Assembly (NCBI GenBank): GCA_034435155.1
Contig: DAOTYG010000103.1
Coordinates: 1-16,084, forward strand
DNA: 16,084 nucleotides
Direction of reading: 5' to 3'
Origin: Anaerolineae bacterium
Lineage (GTDB): Bacteria > Chloroflexota > JAHJIN01
Positions 5,594 to 14,336 of this stretch are shown here, piece after piece. Below the pieces are notes generated by a model. That model was not told the DNA's origin, ran no database searches, and saw only the letters and a program-made list of their open reading frames with translations. A program made the translations under genes and the position numbers. Each line of letters begins with the position of its first letter. The stretch's first letter is position 1.

Positions 5594-7849
5594 ATGCGCA
5601 TCCGTGCCGGTTGGTTGTCGCTCTTTTGTCTGGGCTGTATGTTGCTCAGCACCGTGTGGTCTATTCAGGAGGCCAAATGGACCCCGGCGTTGGATTCGCT
5701 CGTCCCGGTCACATTGGCAGCCCTGATGATGGGCCTGGTGCTAAGTCATCTCCGCTATCCGCGCTGGGTGGCCAACCTGTTGGGCCTATGGGCCGGTGGT
5801 GAGTTTATCACCTTCCAGATGGCGGCCATCGTGGCCCCTGGCCCGACCTTCGAACTGCGAGAGCGGCTGCTCCTGGTGGGCTGGCGTCTCCAGCAATGGG
5901 GGCTGGCGGTCATCACTGGCGCGTCCAATAGCGATCATCTCATCTTTGTCCTACAACTCTCTGTGTTTCTGTGGCTTATTGCCTTTGTGGCGGCCTGGCT
6001 GGTGTTTCATAGCCATCGGCCGTGGTGGGCTATCGCCCTGACCGCGATCCCGCTGCTCATCAACCTCTATTATGCCCGCCATCTTAACCCCAACGGTTTT
6101 CTGATCTTTTTCACCGGCAACGCCCTCGTATTGCTGGTCCGGCACAACATCCAGATGCAGGAAGACGCCTGGCTGCGCGCCCGGGTCTCTCGAACGGCCG
6201 ATGCCCACTGGGACCTGCTGTGGACGGGCGTGACGATCACCCTGTTTTTAGTGACCGCAGCCTGGGTGGTTCCTGGCGCTTCCATCAGCGAGGCGGTGAG
6301 CACCGCCTGGGAAAACATGAGCCAGCCCTGGCAGGATTTCCAGATGCACTGGTATCGCCTGTTCTCCGCCCCGGAGGCCGGAGCCGGGACATTGACCCGC
6401 TTCGATGGCACATTACGTCTGACTGGGCCGGCCGTCCTGCCGGATACGCGGGCGTTAGAGATACACGCCCCTCGGCCCCATTATTGGCGAGCCGTAGCCC
6501 TGGATCACTATGATGGGCAGCAGTGGACGACGACCGCCGCCGTGGAGGTGTTGGTCGAGGAAGGCGATAATGCGATCCGGGATCGCGTTGAGCTGGCCTA
6601 CCGCCGGCGCGAGGTCATGGTCCAGCGGATCCAACCCCGGCGGCCCTATGGGGGTTTGCTGCTGGCGGGTGGGCAGTGGCTCAAGGCTGACCGCGCGGCC
6701 ACGATCAAGACTTATGTGGACCCGGCCAGCCCCACCATTGCCGCTGCTGAACTGTCTGATGCAGCCCTCGTTTACGGGCGGTTCCTCCTGTTCCGCAGCA
6801 GCGAATATGTGGTCGAGTCATCGTACTCGGTGGCCTATGTGGAGGAATTGCAAGGGGCTGAGACCCAATACCCGCCCTGGATGCGGACGCGATTCCTGCA
6901 ACTCCCGGCCAGCCTGCCGCAGCGCGTGCGAGATCTGGCCCTGGGGATCACCGCAGACGCGCCGACTCCCTATGACAAGGCTGCGGCCATCGAGCAATAC
7001 CTGCGCCAGAATTATACCTATGATCTCTTTGTCGGCGAACCGCCGGCGGAGGCCGATGCGGTAGACTATTGCCTGTTCGAGAGTCGGCGGGGATATTGCA
7101 GCCACTTTGCCTCGGCCATGACGGTGCTATGCCGGGCCGTGGGGGTCCCGGCACGCCTGGTCACAGGCTATAGCAGCGGCGAGTATGATGAGGAAGAACA
7201 CCTGTATGTGGTCCTGGAAAGCCATGCCCACGCCTGGGTGGAGGTCTTTTTCCCAGGGTATGGATGGGTTGAGTTTGAGCCTTCGCCGGGGGTGGCGGCC
7301 CTGGAACGTCAGCGGCAACCGGTGCCGACCGGCCCCTCCGGCAGCTCCCAACCCGGCGGTGGTGGGGAACCGCCCCCGGAGCGCGAGCTGCGCGGGGTAG
7401 AAGAGGTAGAAGTGCCCCCCGATACGACACCCGGCCTGGGACGCGGTTTCTCGTTGGGGTGGGGCGGTTGGTTAAGCCTGCTGATTGGGGTGCTGGTGGC
7501 CGTGCTCGCTGGCAGTGCCTGGGCCTGGTGGCGATGGGGCCTGCGCGGGCTGACGTTTGTGGATGCGGTCCACGAGCGAGTACGCCGCCTGGGGCGCTTA
7601 CTGGGGCTTAAGCAGGCTCCATATCAGACGGACCACGAGTATGCTGCCGTGTTGAGCGACATCGTGCCGGCCGGCCAGCCGGAGATCTCGACCATCACGA
7701 CGATGGTCGTCCAAAGTCATTTTGGGCGGCACAAACCCGGACCAGAAGACCATGACCGGGTCTGGGCAGCCTGGGAACAGTTACGGATCAAGATGTTGAG
7801 CCTGGTATGGCAACGGGTATCCGCCTGGCTGTCGCGCCAGGAGCACTAA
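5594..7849 (+). CDS. TgpA-like transglutaminase-domain membrane protein (N-terminal polytopic DUF3488-like region, transglutaminase-like Cys-His-Asp core, extra TM helix, C-terminal DUF4129-like domain)
   Basis: 751 aa with about 7 N-terminal TM helices. The core is [35 protein letters not shown]...[19 protein letters not shown], which is the transglutaminase-like superfamily signature. A late TM ([22 protein letters not shown]) precedes the tail [14 protein letters not shown]...SHFGRH. Confidence 0.85.
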   Translation: MRIRAGWLSLFCLGCMLLSTVWSIQEAKWTPALDSLVPVTLAALMMGLVLSHLRYPRWVANLLGLWAGGEFITFQMAAIVAPGPTFELRERLLLVGWRLQQWGLAVITGASNSDHLIFVLQLSVFLWLIAFVAAWLVFHSHRPWWAIALTAIPLLINLYYARHLNPNGFLIFFTGNALVLLVRHNIQMQEDAWLRARVSRTADAHWDLLWTGVTITLFLVTAAWVVPGASISEAVSTAWENMSQPWQDFQMHWYRLFSAPEAGAGTLTRFDGTLRLTGPAVLPDTRALEIHAPRPHYWRAVALDHYDGQQWTTTAAVEVLVEEGDNAIRDRVELAYRRREVMVQRIQPRRPYGGLLLAGGQWLKADRAATIKTYVDPASPTIAAAELSDAALVYGRFLLFRSSEYVVESSYSVAYVEELQGAETQYPPWMRTRFLQLPASLPQRVRDLALGITADAPTPYDKAAAIEQYLRQNYTYDLFVGEPPAEADAVDYCLFESRRGYCSHFASAMTVLCRAVGVPARLVTGYSSGEYDEEEHLYVVLESHAHAWVEVFFPGYGWVEFEPSPGVAALERQRQPVPTGPSGSSQPGGGGEPPPERELRGVEEVEVPPDTTPGLGRGFSLGWGGWLSLLIGVLVAVLAGSAWAWWRWGLRGLTFVDAVHERVRRLGRLLGLKQAPYQTDHEYAAVLSDIVPAGQPEISTITTMVVQSHFGRHKPGPEDHDRVWAAWEQLRIKMLSLVWQRVSAWLSRQEH

Positions 7850-7912
7850 GTTTTGTCTGGTTCCAGCCTGGCATGGGGGCAGGGGTATCTCGAACGTCGC
7901 GGTTAAAGCGGT

Positions 7913-7948
7913 GAGGGCACGGACGGGTGCCGGCCCATCCGTGCCCTC
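7913..7948. other. GC-rich hairpin between convergent genes (GAGGGCACGGA ... TCCGTGCCCTC, 11-bp stem)
   Basis: Inverted repeat with no U-tract on either strand. It may act as a factor-dependent terminator or an RNA stability element, which is uncertain. Confidence 0.3.
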
Positions 7949-8060
7949 GTGCAAAGGAGGAGAGGAGCAGTTGTTCACTGCGCCCCCTATGATACCTCAT
8001 TTTGTCCGTTCTCGCTGGTCGAATGCTAAACGTTTGCCTGACGCAACCCCTACGTTTACC

Positions 8061-8984
8061 CTACGATTGCCCTGTGCCAGCCAATGCCTGTGCGATCTGC
8101 GCGGCCACGGCGGCGTTATTCAGCAGCAGGGCCACGTTAGCGCGCAATGATTCGCCGCCGGTGAGGTCCTGAACCCGGGCCAGTACAAAGGGGGTGAGCC
8201 GGCTGCCGCGCACACTCTGCGTCTCTGCCTCGGCCAGGGCCTGGGAGAGAGCGGCCTCCGCGGCCTGGCCGGCCAATGCCTGCTCCGGCGGCACCGGCAC
8301 GGTCACGAGCACCCCCTGACCCCCCAGTTCCCAATGCGTCCGCGCGATGGCCGCCGCCTGCGCCGGATCATCCACGCGCGCATCCACCGGCAAACCGCTG
8401 TGCGGCGAATAAAAGGCCGGGAACTCGGCGGTGCCGTAGCCCAGGACCGGCACCCCCCACGTCTCCAGATATTCGCGGGTCTTGGGTAAATCGAGCAGGG
8501 ACTTGGCCCCGGCACAAACTACCAGCACCGGCGTCCGGGCCAGCTCCGGCAGGTCCGCCGACACGTCCCACGTCTCCTCCGCACCCCGGTGCACCCCGCC
8601 GATCCCCCCGGTGGCGAAGACGCGAATCCCGGCCTGGTGCGCGATCCACATGGTGGCAGCCACAGTGGTGGCACCATCGGCCCGCTGCGCCACGGCGACG
8701 GCCAGGTCCCGGCGGCTCACCTTGCGCACCTCATCACTGCTCGCCAGCCATTCCAGGGCCTCATTGTTCAGGCCCACGCGAATACGGCCGCCCAGGATGG
8801 CGATGGTGGCCGGGATGGCCCCGTGCTGGCGTACCGTGGCCTCTATGAGCAGGGCCACCTCCAGGTTCTGGGGCCGGGGCAGCCCGTGGGCGATGAGGGT
8901 GGACTCCAGGGCCACTACCGGCAGGCCGGCGCCCAGCGCAGCCTGCACCTCCGGGGCGAGGTGAAGCAGTGTTTCTTCAGGCAT
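8061..8984 (-). CDS. psuG: Pseudouridine-5'-phosphate glycosidase
   Basis: 307 aa and collinear with YeiN/PsuG along its whole length: PEVQAALGAGLPVVALESTLIAHGLPRPQN, ATIAILGG, KVSRRDL, GATTVAATM, VFATGGIGGVHRGAEETWDVSADL, VVCAGAKSLLDL, TREYLETWGVPVLGY and LTGGESL. Confidence 0.95.
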   Translation of the reverse strand: MPEETLLHLAPEVQAALGAGLPVVALESTLIAHGLPRPQNLEVALLIEATVRQHGAIPATIAILGGRIRVGLNNEALEWLASSDEVRKVSRRDLAVAVAQRADGATTVAATMWIAHQAGIRVFATGGIGGVHRGAEETWDVSADLPELARTPVLVVCAGAKSLLDLPKTREYLETWGVPVLGYGTAEFPAFYSPHSGLPVDARVDDPAQAAAIARTHWELGGQGVLVTVPVPPEQALAGQAAEAALSQALAEAETQSVRGSRLTPFVLARVQDLTGGESLRANVALLLNNAAVAAQIAQALAGTGQS

Positions 8985-9083
8985 GGGATTCAGTTCCCAG
9001 AGTGACGAACGACCGCTGACGAATGACCACCGACGGGGGACTGCGGTCAGCGATCTGCTGTCGGCAGTCGGCGGTCAGCGGGC

Positions 9084-10007
9084 CTACTCGCGGTACAGGG
9101 CATCCACGCTCAACTCCCGGCTCACGGCGTCTGGGGAACAAAGGGTGATGGTGGCGGCAGAGACGCCCAGGCGCACCGCTTCGTCCACCGGCAGGTCGTG
9201 GAGGAGGCCAAAGACCACGCCGGCGGTGAGGGCGTCGCCGGCCCCGGTGGCATCCACGACCGGGCAGCGGATGGCCGGGATGTGGCCGCTGACCTCCGGT
9301 GTGGCATAGACCACGCCGCCGGCCCCCAGGGTGATGAGGGCTACCTGTACGCCGGCCGCCACCATCTGCTGAGCCGCCTGGGCCGCATCGGCCTGGGTGT
9401 AGATGTGACAGCCGCACAACACCTCGGCCTCGGCCAGGTTGGGAGCCATGATGGTGCAGCGGTCCAGGTAGCCCTTGAACCGCTCGGCCAGCACCACCGA
9501 GGTGGGGTCCACGCAGACCGGCACGTCGTATCGTTGGGCCAGGGAGAAGGCCCGGCGGATGGCTGGCGGGTGCAGGTTGCCATCCAGGACCAGCATTCCA
9601 GCACCACGGATGAGACGGCGGTGCGCTGAGATATACTCCGGGGTGATGGCGGCGGCGATACCCATGTCGTCCAGGCCCACGGCCAGCGAGCCGTCCGTGT
9701 CCACGATGGCCAGGTAGGTGGCGGTGGGGTATTCGGCCGTGCGGAGCACGTGGCTCAGGTCCACGCCGGCCGCGGCCGTCTGGGCGAGCACCTGCTCGCC
9801 AAAGGGGTCCTCGCCCACGGCGGTGAGGAGGGCCGTGGGCACGTCCAGCCGGGCCAGGTTCTCGGCGACGTTGCGACCCACGCCACCGGCGGTGCGGCGC
9901 ACCGTGCCGGGGTTGGAGGTGGCCGGGACCAGTGGCTCGCGGGTGCGGCCCCGGATGTCCAGGCCGGCGATACCGATGACGACAACGGGGGAGACATTCA
10001 TGAGCAC
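9084..10007 (-). CDS. psuK: Pseudouridine kinase (PfkB/ribokinase family)
   Basis: 307 aa with PfkB motifs NPGTVRRTAGGVGRNVAENLARL near the N-terminus and the catalytic ATGAGDA near the C-terminus. The overall pattern matches YeiC. The ORF-track start is a GTG at 10007, and an ATG two codons in (10001..9999) is an alternative start. The overlapping 363-aa ORF 8977..10068 is a GC-rich shadow frame. Confidence 0.9.
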   Translation of the reverse strand: MLMNVSPVVVIGIAGLDIRGRTREPLVPATSNPGTVRRTAGGVGRNVAENLARLDVPTALLTAVGEDPFGEQVLAQTAAAGVDLSHVLRTAEYPTATYLAIVDTDGSLAVGLDDMGIAAAITPEYISAHRRLIRGAGMLVLDGNLHPPAIRRAFSLAQRYDVPVCVDPTSVVLAERFKGYLDRCTIMAPNLAEAEVLCGCHIYTQADAAQAAQQMVAAGVQVALITLGAGGVVYATPEVSGHIPAIRCPVVDATGAGDALTAGVVFGLLHDLPVDEAVRLGVSAATITLCSPDAVSRELSVDALYRE

Positions 10008-10025
10008 CTCGGAACCAATCCTCGT

Positions 10026-10994
10026 TTAGACCGGCTTGAGCACCGCCAGCGCGATCCCCCGGACGCACAGGCTGGGGTCTTTCCTGAACTCGTATATCTC
10101 CTGGTATTCTGGATTCGCTGATTTTAGGTAACAGCCCCGATTATCGCGGCAGAACCGCTTGACCAGCGATTCCGTTCCTCCCTCACACCCTCGCTCTACC
10201 ACCACGATCTGCCAGTGCTCCGCATCGGGTTGACCGTGAACCAGCACCAGATCACCATCGTGAATCCCGGCATCCACCATGCTATTGCCCCTCGCCTGGG
10301 TGATAAAATACTTGCCGGTTGCCCTGAGTGTGGGCAGGTGGGCGGCTATCCCCCCCACCGGTTGCGGCAGATATGTCTTACCACCTATCAGTACCTCTCC
10401 GGTGGCCGTAAGTTCGATCTGCTCCCAGATTTGCGAGACGTACTGCCACGGAGGGCCGGCCGAGGAAAGCTCCATTCGGGGAATCCAGCGGGCGGTTTCC
10501 CAACACTCGTTCAGCACCCGTTCCATCTTTTCACACCACGAACGCCGCTCTTTATAGCCATACCCGATAGGCCGCTGCGCGCAAAGGCTATGAAAGCAGG
10601 CATCTGCCATCTGATATTCAGCCTGTACGTCGGCCAATGGTTGTTGGCGCAGGCTGGCGAGGTTGCCCAATATGACGTGCATCACCGCCTCTCCCTGACG
10701 GTTCCCCCGACAACGAAAAACCTGGCACGCCTCCTGGTAACAGGCCAGAGTCTGGTCGAGGTCGTTCAGTTCTTGCCGGATGATCCCTTTTACCACCAGG
10801 GCCTGCGCTGGCGCATTTGCATCTACCAGTCCATCTATTGCGCCACAATCCTGCTCCGCCCACTTCAAAGCCTCCCCCCATTCTCCCCGCTTGCAGGCTT
10901 CTAAAGCCTGCTGGCAAGCCCGCGATAGTTTGCCGGTGGGGCTGGTCAGTTCCAACAACGAGATGATCGTCCGCACAGATTCCTGTTCTTTCAT
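10026..10994 (-). CDS. S24 (LexA/UmuD-type) serine peptidase-domain protein with a ~190-aa non-HTH, helical/TPR-like N-terminal domain
   Basis: The C-terminus has the S24 signature ITQARGNSMVDAGIHDGDLVLVHG...HWQIVVVE...GTESLVKRF, with the Ser in GNSM and the Lys in VKRF. The N-terminus (MKEQESVRTIISLLELTSPTGKLSRACQQALEACKRGEWGEALKWAEQDCG...) has no recognisable winged-HTH and looks helical-repeat-like. Confidence 0.7.
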   Translation of the reverse strand: MKEQESVRTIISLLELTSPTGKLSRACQQALEACKRGEWGEALKWAEQDCGAIDGLVDANAPAQALVVKGIIRQELNDLDQTLACYQEACQVFRCRGNRQGEAVMHVILGNLASLRQQPLADVQAEYQMADACFHSLCAQRPIGYGYKERRSWCEKMERVLNECWETARWIPRMELSSAGPPWQYVSQIWEQIELTATGEVLIGGKTYLPQPVGGIAAHLPTLRATGKYFITQARGNSMVDAGIHDGDLVLVHGQPDAEHWQIVVVERGCEGGTESLVKRFCRDNRGCYLKSANPEYQEIYEFRKDPSLCVRGIALAVLKPV

Positions 10995-11011
10995 CTGCCA
11001 TACCCTCCAAT

Positions 11012-12232
11012 CTACGAGACCCGTTTGAATCGGCTCTCCAGCATGTTCAAGGTCTTGACGATGTCATCTGGCAGATAGATGCTACGAGCGGATGCCGTCC
11101 GCTTGATCATGTCAATGAAGCTCAAAACGACCAGGTTCTTGGAGATCCGCTGGCCCTGGCGGGCCATCTCGGCGAACAGCCTGGCGGTATCCGTCAACAT
11201 ACTGATGCGGATCTCAGCCCGGGCCTGCATGGCGATCTTGTCGCCCAGGGCTTTGCCCTCCGCGATCGTTTTCGCCTCCTCACGGGCGCGCTCTGCCTGC
11301 CAGGTATCTATCCATTGCTGGAGCACCTTGTCTTGTAATTCGATGTCCCCCAGGGCCACACTCAGGATCCGGGCACCCAGCCGGGTGGTAGATTGGCGCA
11401 GGCTGTTCTCCAACTCTTTCTGCACGGCCGCCCGGCACTCGGGCTTGATGAGTTCGTCGAGGGTGTAGCGGGCCAGGATGGACCTCAGCGTGCCCTCCGT
11501 ATCGCCGATCACCACCAGCTTGATCCAGCTCATCACCCGGTCAGGCTCGGTTCGCCAGGCCTCCCGGATCCACTTGCAGGTGGCCGCCTTGAAGATGTCC
11601 TCTTCCTTGTCGCCGACCTGGAAGCGCACATCCGCGTTGTACTTGATGGGGATCCCGTCGTGGGTGATCGCGCTCACCTTGAACTCCCACCGTTGCGGGC
11701 GCAGGTCAATGATGTCCCAAACCTTCTCAAAGGGGTCCAGGCGGGGCGGGGGCAGCGGAAACGGCGGGACATGGGAGCCACGAAAGACCCGGCTGAGCCG
11801 GCCGGCCCGCTCCAGCACCACCGCGCTGTCGTTGTAGAGGACCAGGCCGCACGGCCCGCCGACCCTTCGGACCACGTTGCTGCCCGTAGCGATCCGGCCC
11901 TCCTTGATCACCAGGTAGGGGCCGCCAGACATCTGCCCCAGCAGACGGGTGCTCAGGAAGGCCCGGCCTTCCTTGTCCTTTTCCAGCCCATACAGGGAGC
12001 GCACGAAGCGGCCGGCTACCTGCCAGCCGATCCATAGCGCGGTCAGGCCGGGGATCATGCCCAGCAAAACTGGGCCGCCCAGGTCGAGGAAAGAGGTGGG
12101 CCAGGGCCGGATGCCCAGTTGAAAGGACAGATAGACGGCCCCCAGGCTCAACAAAAACCACAGGCCCACGACGAGCAGGCCCGCCAGGGCGATCTTGACG
12201 AAATAGACCAGGGCACGACGGGGATCAAACAT
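11012..12232 (-). CDS. SPFH/Band-7 (stomatin/prohibitin/HflKC-like) domain membrane protein with 2 N-terminal TM helices and a C-terminal coiled-coil
   Basis: 406 aa. Its SPFH core VVLERAGRLSRVFRG..IDLRPQRWEFKVSAITHDGIPIKYNADVRFQVGD fits the pattern seen in QmcA/HflK (V.ERFG...R...PG......IDLR.Q.......T.D...V.VD..V.F.V.D). Charged helical segments follow, such as QAERAREEAKTIAEGKALGDKIAMQARAE. Confidence 0.75.
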   Translation of the reverse strand: MFDPRRALVYFVKIALAGLLVVGLWFLLSLGAVYLSFQLGIRPWPTSFLDLGGPVLLGMIPGLTALWIGWQVAGRFVRSLYGLEKDKEGRAFLSTRLLGQMSGGPYLVIKEGRIATGSNVVRRVGGPCGLVLYNDSAVVLERAGRLSRVFRGSHVPPFPLPPPRLDPFEKVWDIIDLRPQRWEFKVSAITHDGIPIKYNADVRFQVGDKEEDIFKAATCKWIREAWRTEPDRVMSWIKLVVIGDTEGTLRSILARYTLDELIKPECRAAVQKELENSLRQSTTRLGARILSVALGDIELQDKVLQQWIDTWQAERAREEAKTIAEGKALGDKIAMQARAEIRISMLTDTARLFAEMARQGQRISKNLVVLSFIDMIKRTASARSIYLPDDIVKTLNMLESRFKRVS

Positions 12233-12257
12233 AACTTGCCTCTGAGATCGTCTGGGG

Positions 12258-13922
12258 CTATCGCCCCCGCCGCATACCGGTGAGCAGAGCGTCTTCGGAT
12301 GGGGCAGGTAGTTGGGCTGGTTCTTCCCCTGGCTCTACCATGGTCAGGGCGTCAATCAACTGAAACACCAGGGCTTCGTCAGAGAGGTGGACGGCTTCTC
12401 GCTCCAGGATGCGGGTGAGGGTAACCATCATCTTGAGCTGGGCCTGAGTCCACACCGGGGCTAATTGAAGAATGCGTTCGGCTTTGGTCCGGCCGATCTC
12501 GATCTCGATCCGCCGCTGCCAGTTCGCGGCCCAGTTCTTGATCCGCTGTTCCACGATCTTGTCAGGGGGCATGATGTTGCTGATCCCACCCCCCACCATC
12601 TCGATGCCGTAGGGTCTCATCGCTTCCCGCACCCGCTCTCGAAAGGTTTTGGCGATCTCGACGCGGGGGTCCCCCGGCGCATGTAGCGCGTTGCAGGTGT
12701 AATTCAGGATGATCTCCTTGAGGATCGGCGGCCCAATGATCAGCACCAACTCGTCCCAGGGGGTCTTGGAGATGTCTTCTCTGGCCTGCTTATTTTCGTC
12801 GCGTTCCCATTTGTGCTCGATCAGGGTGCGACGAAAAACGGCGTCCAGGACAGCATCTCGATTATAGGGGTACGAATGGCCCAACGTCGGTTGTCGCCCA
12901 TCGGCGCCGATCCGGTGCGGGAAAAAGGTAAAGATGGTGACCGTGATGCCATCCTGGGTCTCGGCCTTGATCCCCTCGTGGATGCGCAACTGGGGGCGCA
13001 GGTCCACCACGGCATACAGGTCCTCGTATTTCTCGGTGAAGCTCAGGCCCGGCGGGACTACCCGCAGGCGGAAGCCGGTGGTGGTTACGGCCACGTGATT
13101 GCAGTCATTGAGGATGATGCCCGGCCCGGCCAGGAACTGGCTGAAGGCATTGCCGGGCACGCGGGGGTCTGGTTTCTCCTGCTCCTTGTTCTCCTGAGTC
13201 TTCCAGTCCTCGATGACATAGTAAGGGTAGTTTGTGCCCAAGGCGAAGGTGATCAGGCTGCGGAAGGCCTGCCGCCGGTGATGTTCCTGGCGCGCTCGCT
13301 CATCGTTCTCCAGGGGGAGGATCAGGCCGGAGAGGAAATAGAGGAACCCCCAGAAGATCAACACCGCCGGCGCGGCGATCAACAGCAAACCCAGGCGTTC
13401 AGCGATCCCGTAGCCGATCAGGCAGGTGAGGCAGAACCAGAACCAGACCAGGCTCAGGGGTTTGACCCCCTTGCCGCGCAACACGGCCTTGCTGAATAGC
13501 CAGGGGCCCAGGATGCCGACCAGAGCGATGGCGATGAGCAGGCCCAGGGCGCCGGGCCATTCCCTCAGGCCCCCCAGCAGCGCGGGGGGGTAAAAACAAA
13601 GAAGGGCTGCCAGTACGGCAAACCCTTCCACGATCAACGCGCCGATCATCTCGGTAAGAAAGTAACCCGCGGCCCCGGCCAGGACGTAGGTCCACACGGC
13701 GATCTCCAGGATCGTCATCTCCGGGCGCTCCAGGGCCTGGGGCTGGACCAGGGCCACCGGGAGGAGGCCGAGCAAGGTGAACGCCTCCATGAACAGCGTG
13801 ATGCCGCCCAGGATCGCCAGGCCCTTGCTCCCCCCGGCGCCCTTGAGCCGACCCAGGGCATAGCCCGCGGCCGCCGCCAGGCCGCACGCCAGCCCCATCT
13901 CCACGAGGAGCGTTATCACCAT
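12258..13922 (-). CDS. Polytopic membrane protein (about 6-7 TM helices) fused to an SPFH/Band-7-like domain; paralog of the downstream gene
   Basis: 554 aa. Roughly the first 200 aa are hydrophobic helices. The SPFH-like core is VAVTTTGFRLRVVPPGLSF...VVDLRPQLRIHEGIKAETQDGITVTIFTFFPHRI and shares the DLRPQ block with the 406-aa paralog. The gene sits 25 nt upstream of that paralog. Confidence 0.7.
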   Translation of the reverse strand: MVITLLVEMGLACGLAAAAGYALGRLKGAGGSKGLAILGGITLFMEAFTLLGLLPVALVQPQALERPEMTILEIAVWTYVLAGAAGYFLTEMIGALIVEGFAVLAALLCFYPPALLGGLREWPGALGLLIAIALVGILGPWLFSKAVLRGKGVKPLSLVWFWFCLTCLIGYGIAERLGLLLIAAPAVLIFWGFLYFLSGLILPLENDERARQEHHRRQAFRSLITFALGTNYPYYVIEDWKTQENKEQEKPDPRVPGNAFSQFLAGPGIILNDCNHVAVTTTGFRLRVVPPGLSFTEKYEDLYAVVDLRPQLRIHEGIKAETQDGITVTIFTFFPHRIGADGRQPTLGHSYPYNRDAVLDAVFRRTLIEHKWERDENKQAREDISKTPWDELVLIIGPPILKEIILNYTCNALHAPGDPRVEIAKTFRERVREAMRPYGIEMVGGGISNIMPPDKIVEQRIKNWAANWQRRIEIEIGRTKAERILQLAPVWTQAQLKMMVTLTRILEREAVHLSDEALVFQLIDALTMVEPGEEPAQLPAPSEDALLTGMRRGR

Positions 13923-13937
13923 TGCCTCTTGCCCTCG

Positions 13938-13950
13938 CTGTTCCGAACAG
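13938..13950. promoter_or_regulatory. Perfect 13-bp palindrome CTGTTC-C-GAACAG in the leader of the SPFH operon (candidate operator)
   Basis: It lies between the predicted -10 (13977..13972) and the AAGAGG Shine-Dalgarno of the 554-aa gene. Its half-sites are GTTC/GAAC in the reverse order of the Cheo box at 481..496. Confidence 0.4.
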
Positions 13951-13971
13951 CCAGCCTTTACGCGTGCTTAG

Positions 13972-14000
13972 ATTATATCATCTTTCAGGCGAATGCGCAA
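13972..14000 (-). promoter_or_regulatory. sigma70-type promoter for SPFH-S24-psuKG operon (TTGCGC-17-TATAAT on minus strand)
   Basis: Reverse complement reads aTTGCGCattcgcctgaaagatgaTATAATcta. It gives a leader of about 40 nt to the ATG at 13922. Confidence 0.45.
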
Positions 14001-14069
14001 TACTTCGATGACCACGATTCAGGGCCACGGTAGGGCCTACCCGGTGAAATCCTTTGTTGGACAAAACCG

Positions 14070-14098
14070 CCTACCCTCCCGCAGGTTTGGGCGCAATG
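14070..14098. repeat. Solo/degenerate copy of the IS66-like terminal repeat (CCTACCCTCCCGCAGGTTTGGGCGCAATG), identical over 29 bp to 1437..1465 of the MITE
   Basis: Exact 29-bp match to the MITE's left arm. Similarity decays downstream (to about 14130) and no right TIR is present. Confidence 0.55.
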
Positions 14099-14144
14099 GG
14101 TCAGACCAGAGCATGTTTCGGCTTGCATATTAGGATGTCGGATG

Positions 14145-14173
14145 TTGACAGATGGTGTGGTCTCTGGTATAAT
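14145..14173 (+). promoter_or_regulatory. Consensus sigma70 promoter TTGACA-17-TATAAT upstream of the 4-TM protein / SIR2 gene pair
   Basis: gatgTTGACAgatggtgtggtctctggTATAATttt. Both hexamers are perfect and the spacer is 17 bp. Confidence 0.5.
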
Positions 14174-14336
14174 TTTAATGAAGCGTAAGAAGGCGCACAG
14201 GCATGGCAGCGAACACAATGGCCGGTTGTGCTTTCGGAGTTTCTCAGCGACAGATGTGAGGCGTGGGGAGATGTTTACCACAGATACGGTGGACCGGAAA
14301 TTGGGCACGGAGGAGCGGGCTGCCCTCGACTAGCGG

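Noticed and set aside
7913-7948. Hairpin between tgpA-like and psuG considered as a bidirectional intrinsic terminator
   Set aside because: It has a strong stem but no U-tract on either strand. It is kept only as a low-confidence structural feature.
8977-10068. 363-aa minus-strand ORF overlapping psuK in another frame
   Set aside because: It is an Arg/Gly/Pro-rich low-complexity translation typical of a shadow frame in GC-rich DNA. The psuK frame has clear PfkB motifs.
11393-13499. Plus-strand ORFs of 214 aa and 228 aa inside the SPFH genes
   Set aside because: They are antisense shadow ORFs with no motifs. The sense-strand proteins are coherent membrane/SPFH proteins.
13985-14308. 107-aa minus-strand ORF in the SPFH-operon upstream region
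   Set aside because: It overlaps the predicted promoters and the repeat copy, has no Shine-Dalgarno, and has a Cys/Arg-rich composition. It is likely non-coding.
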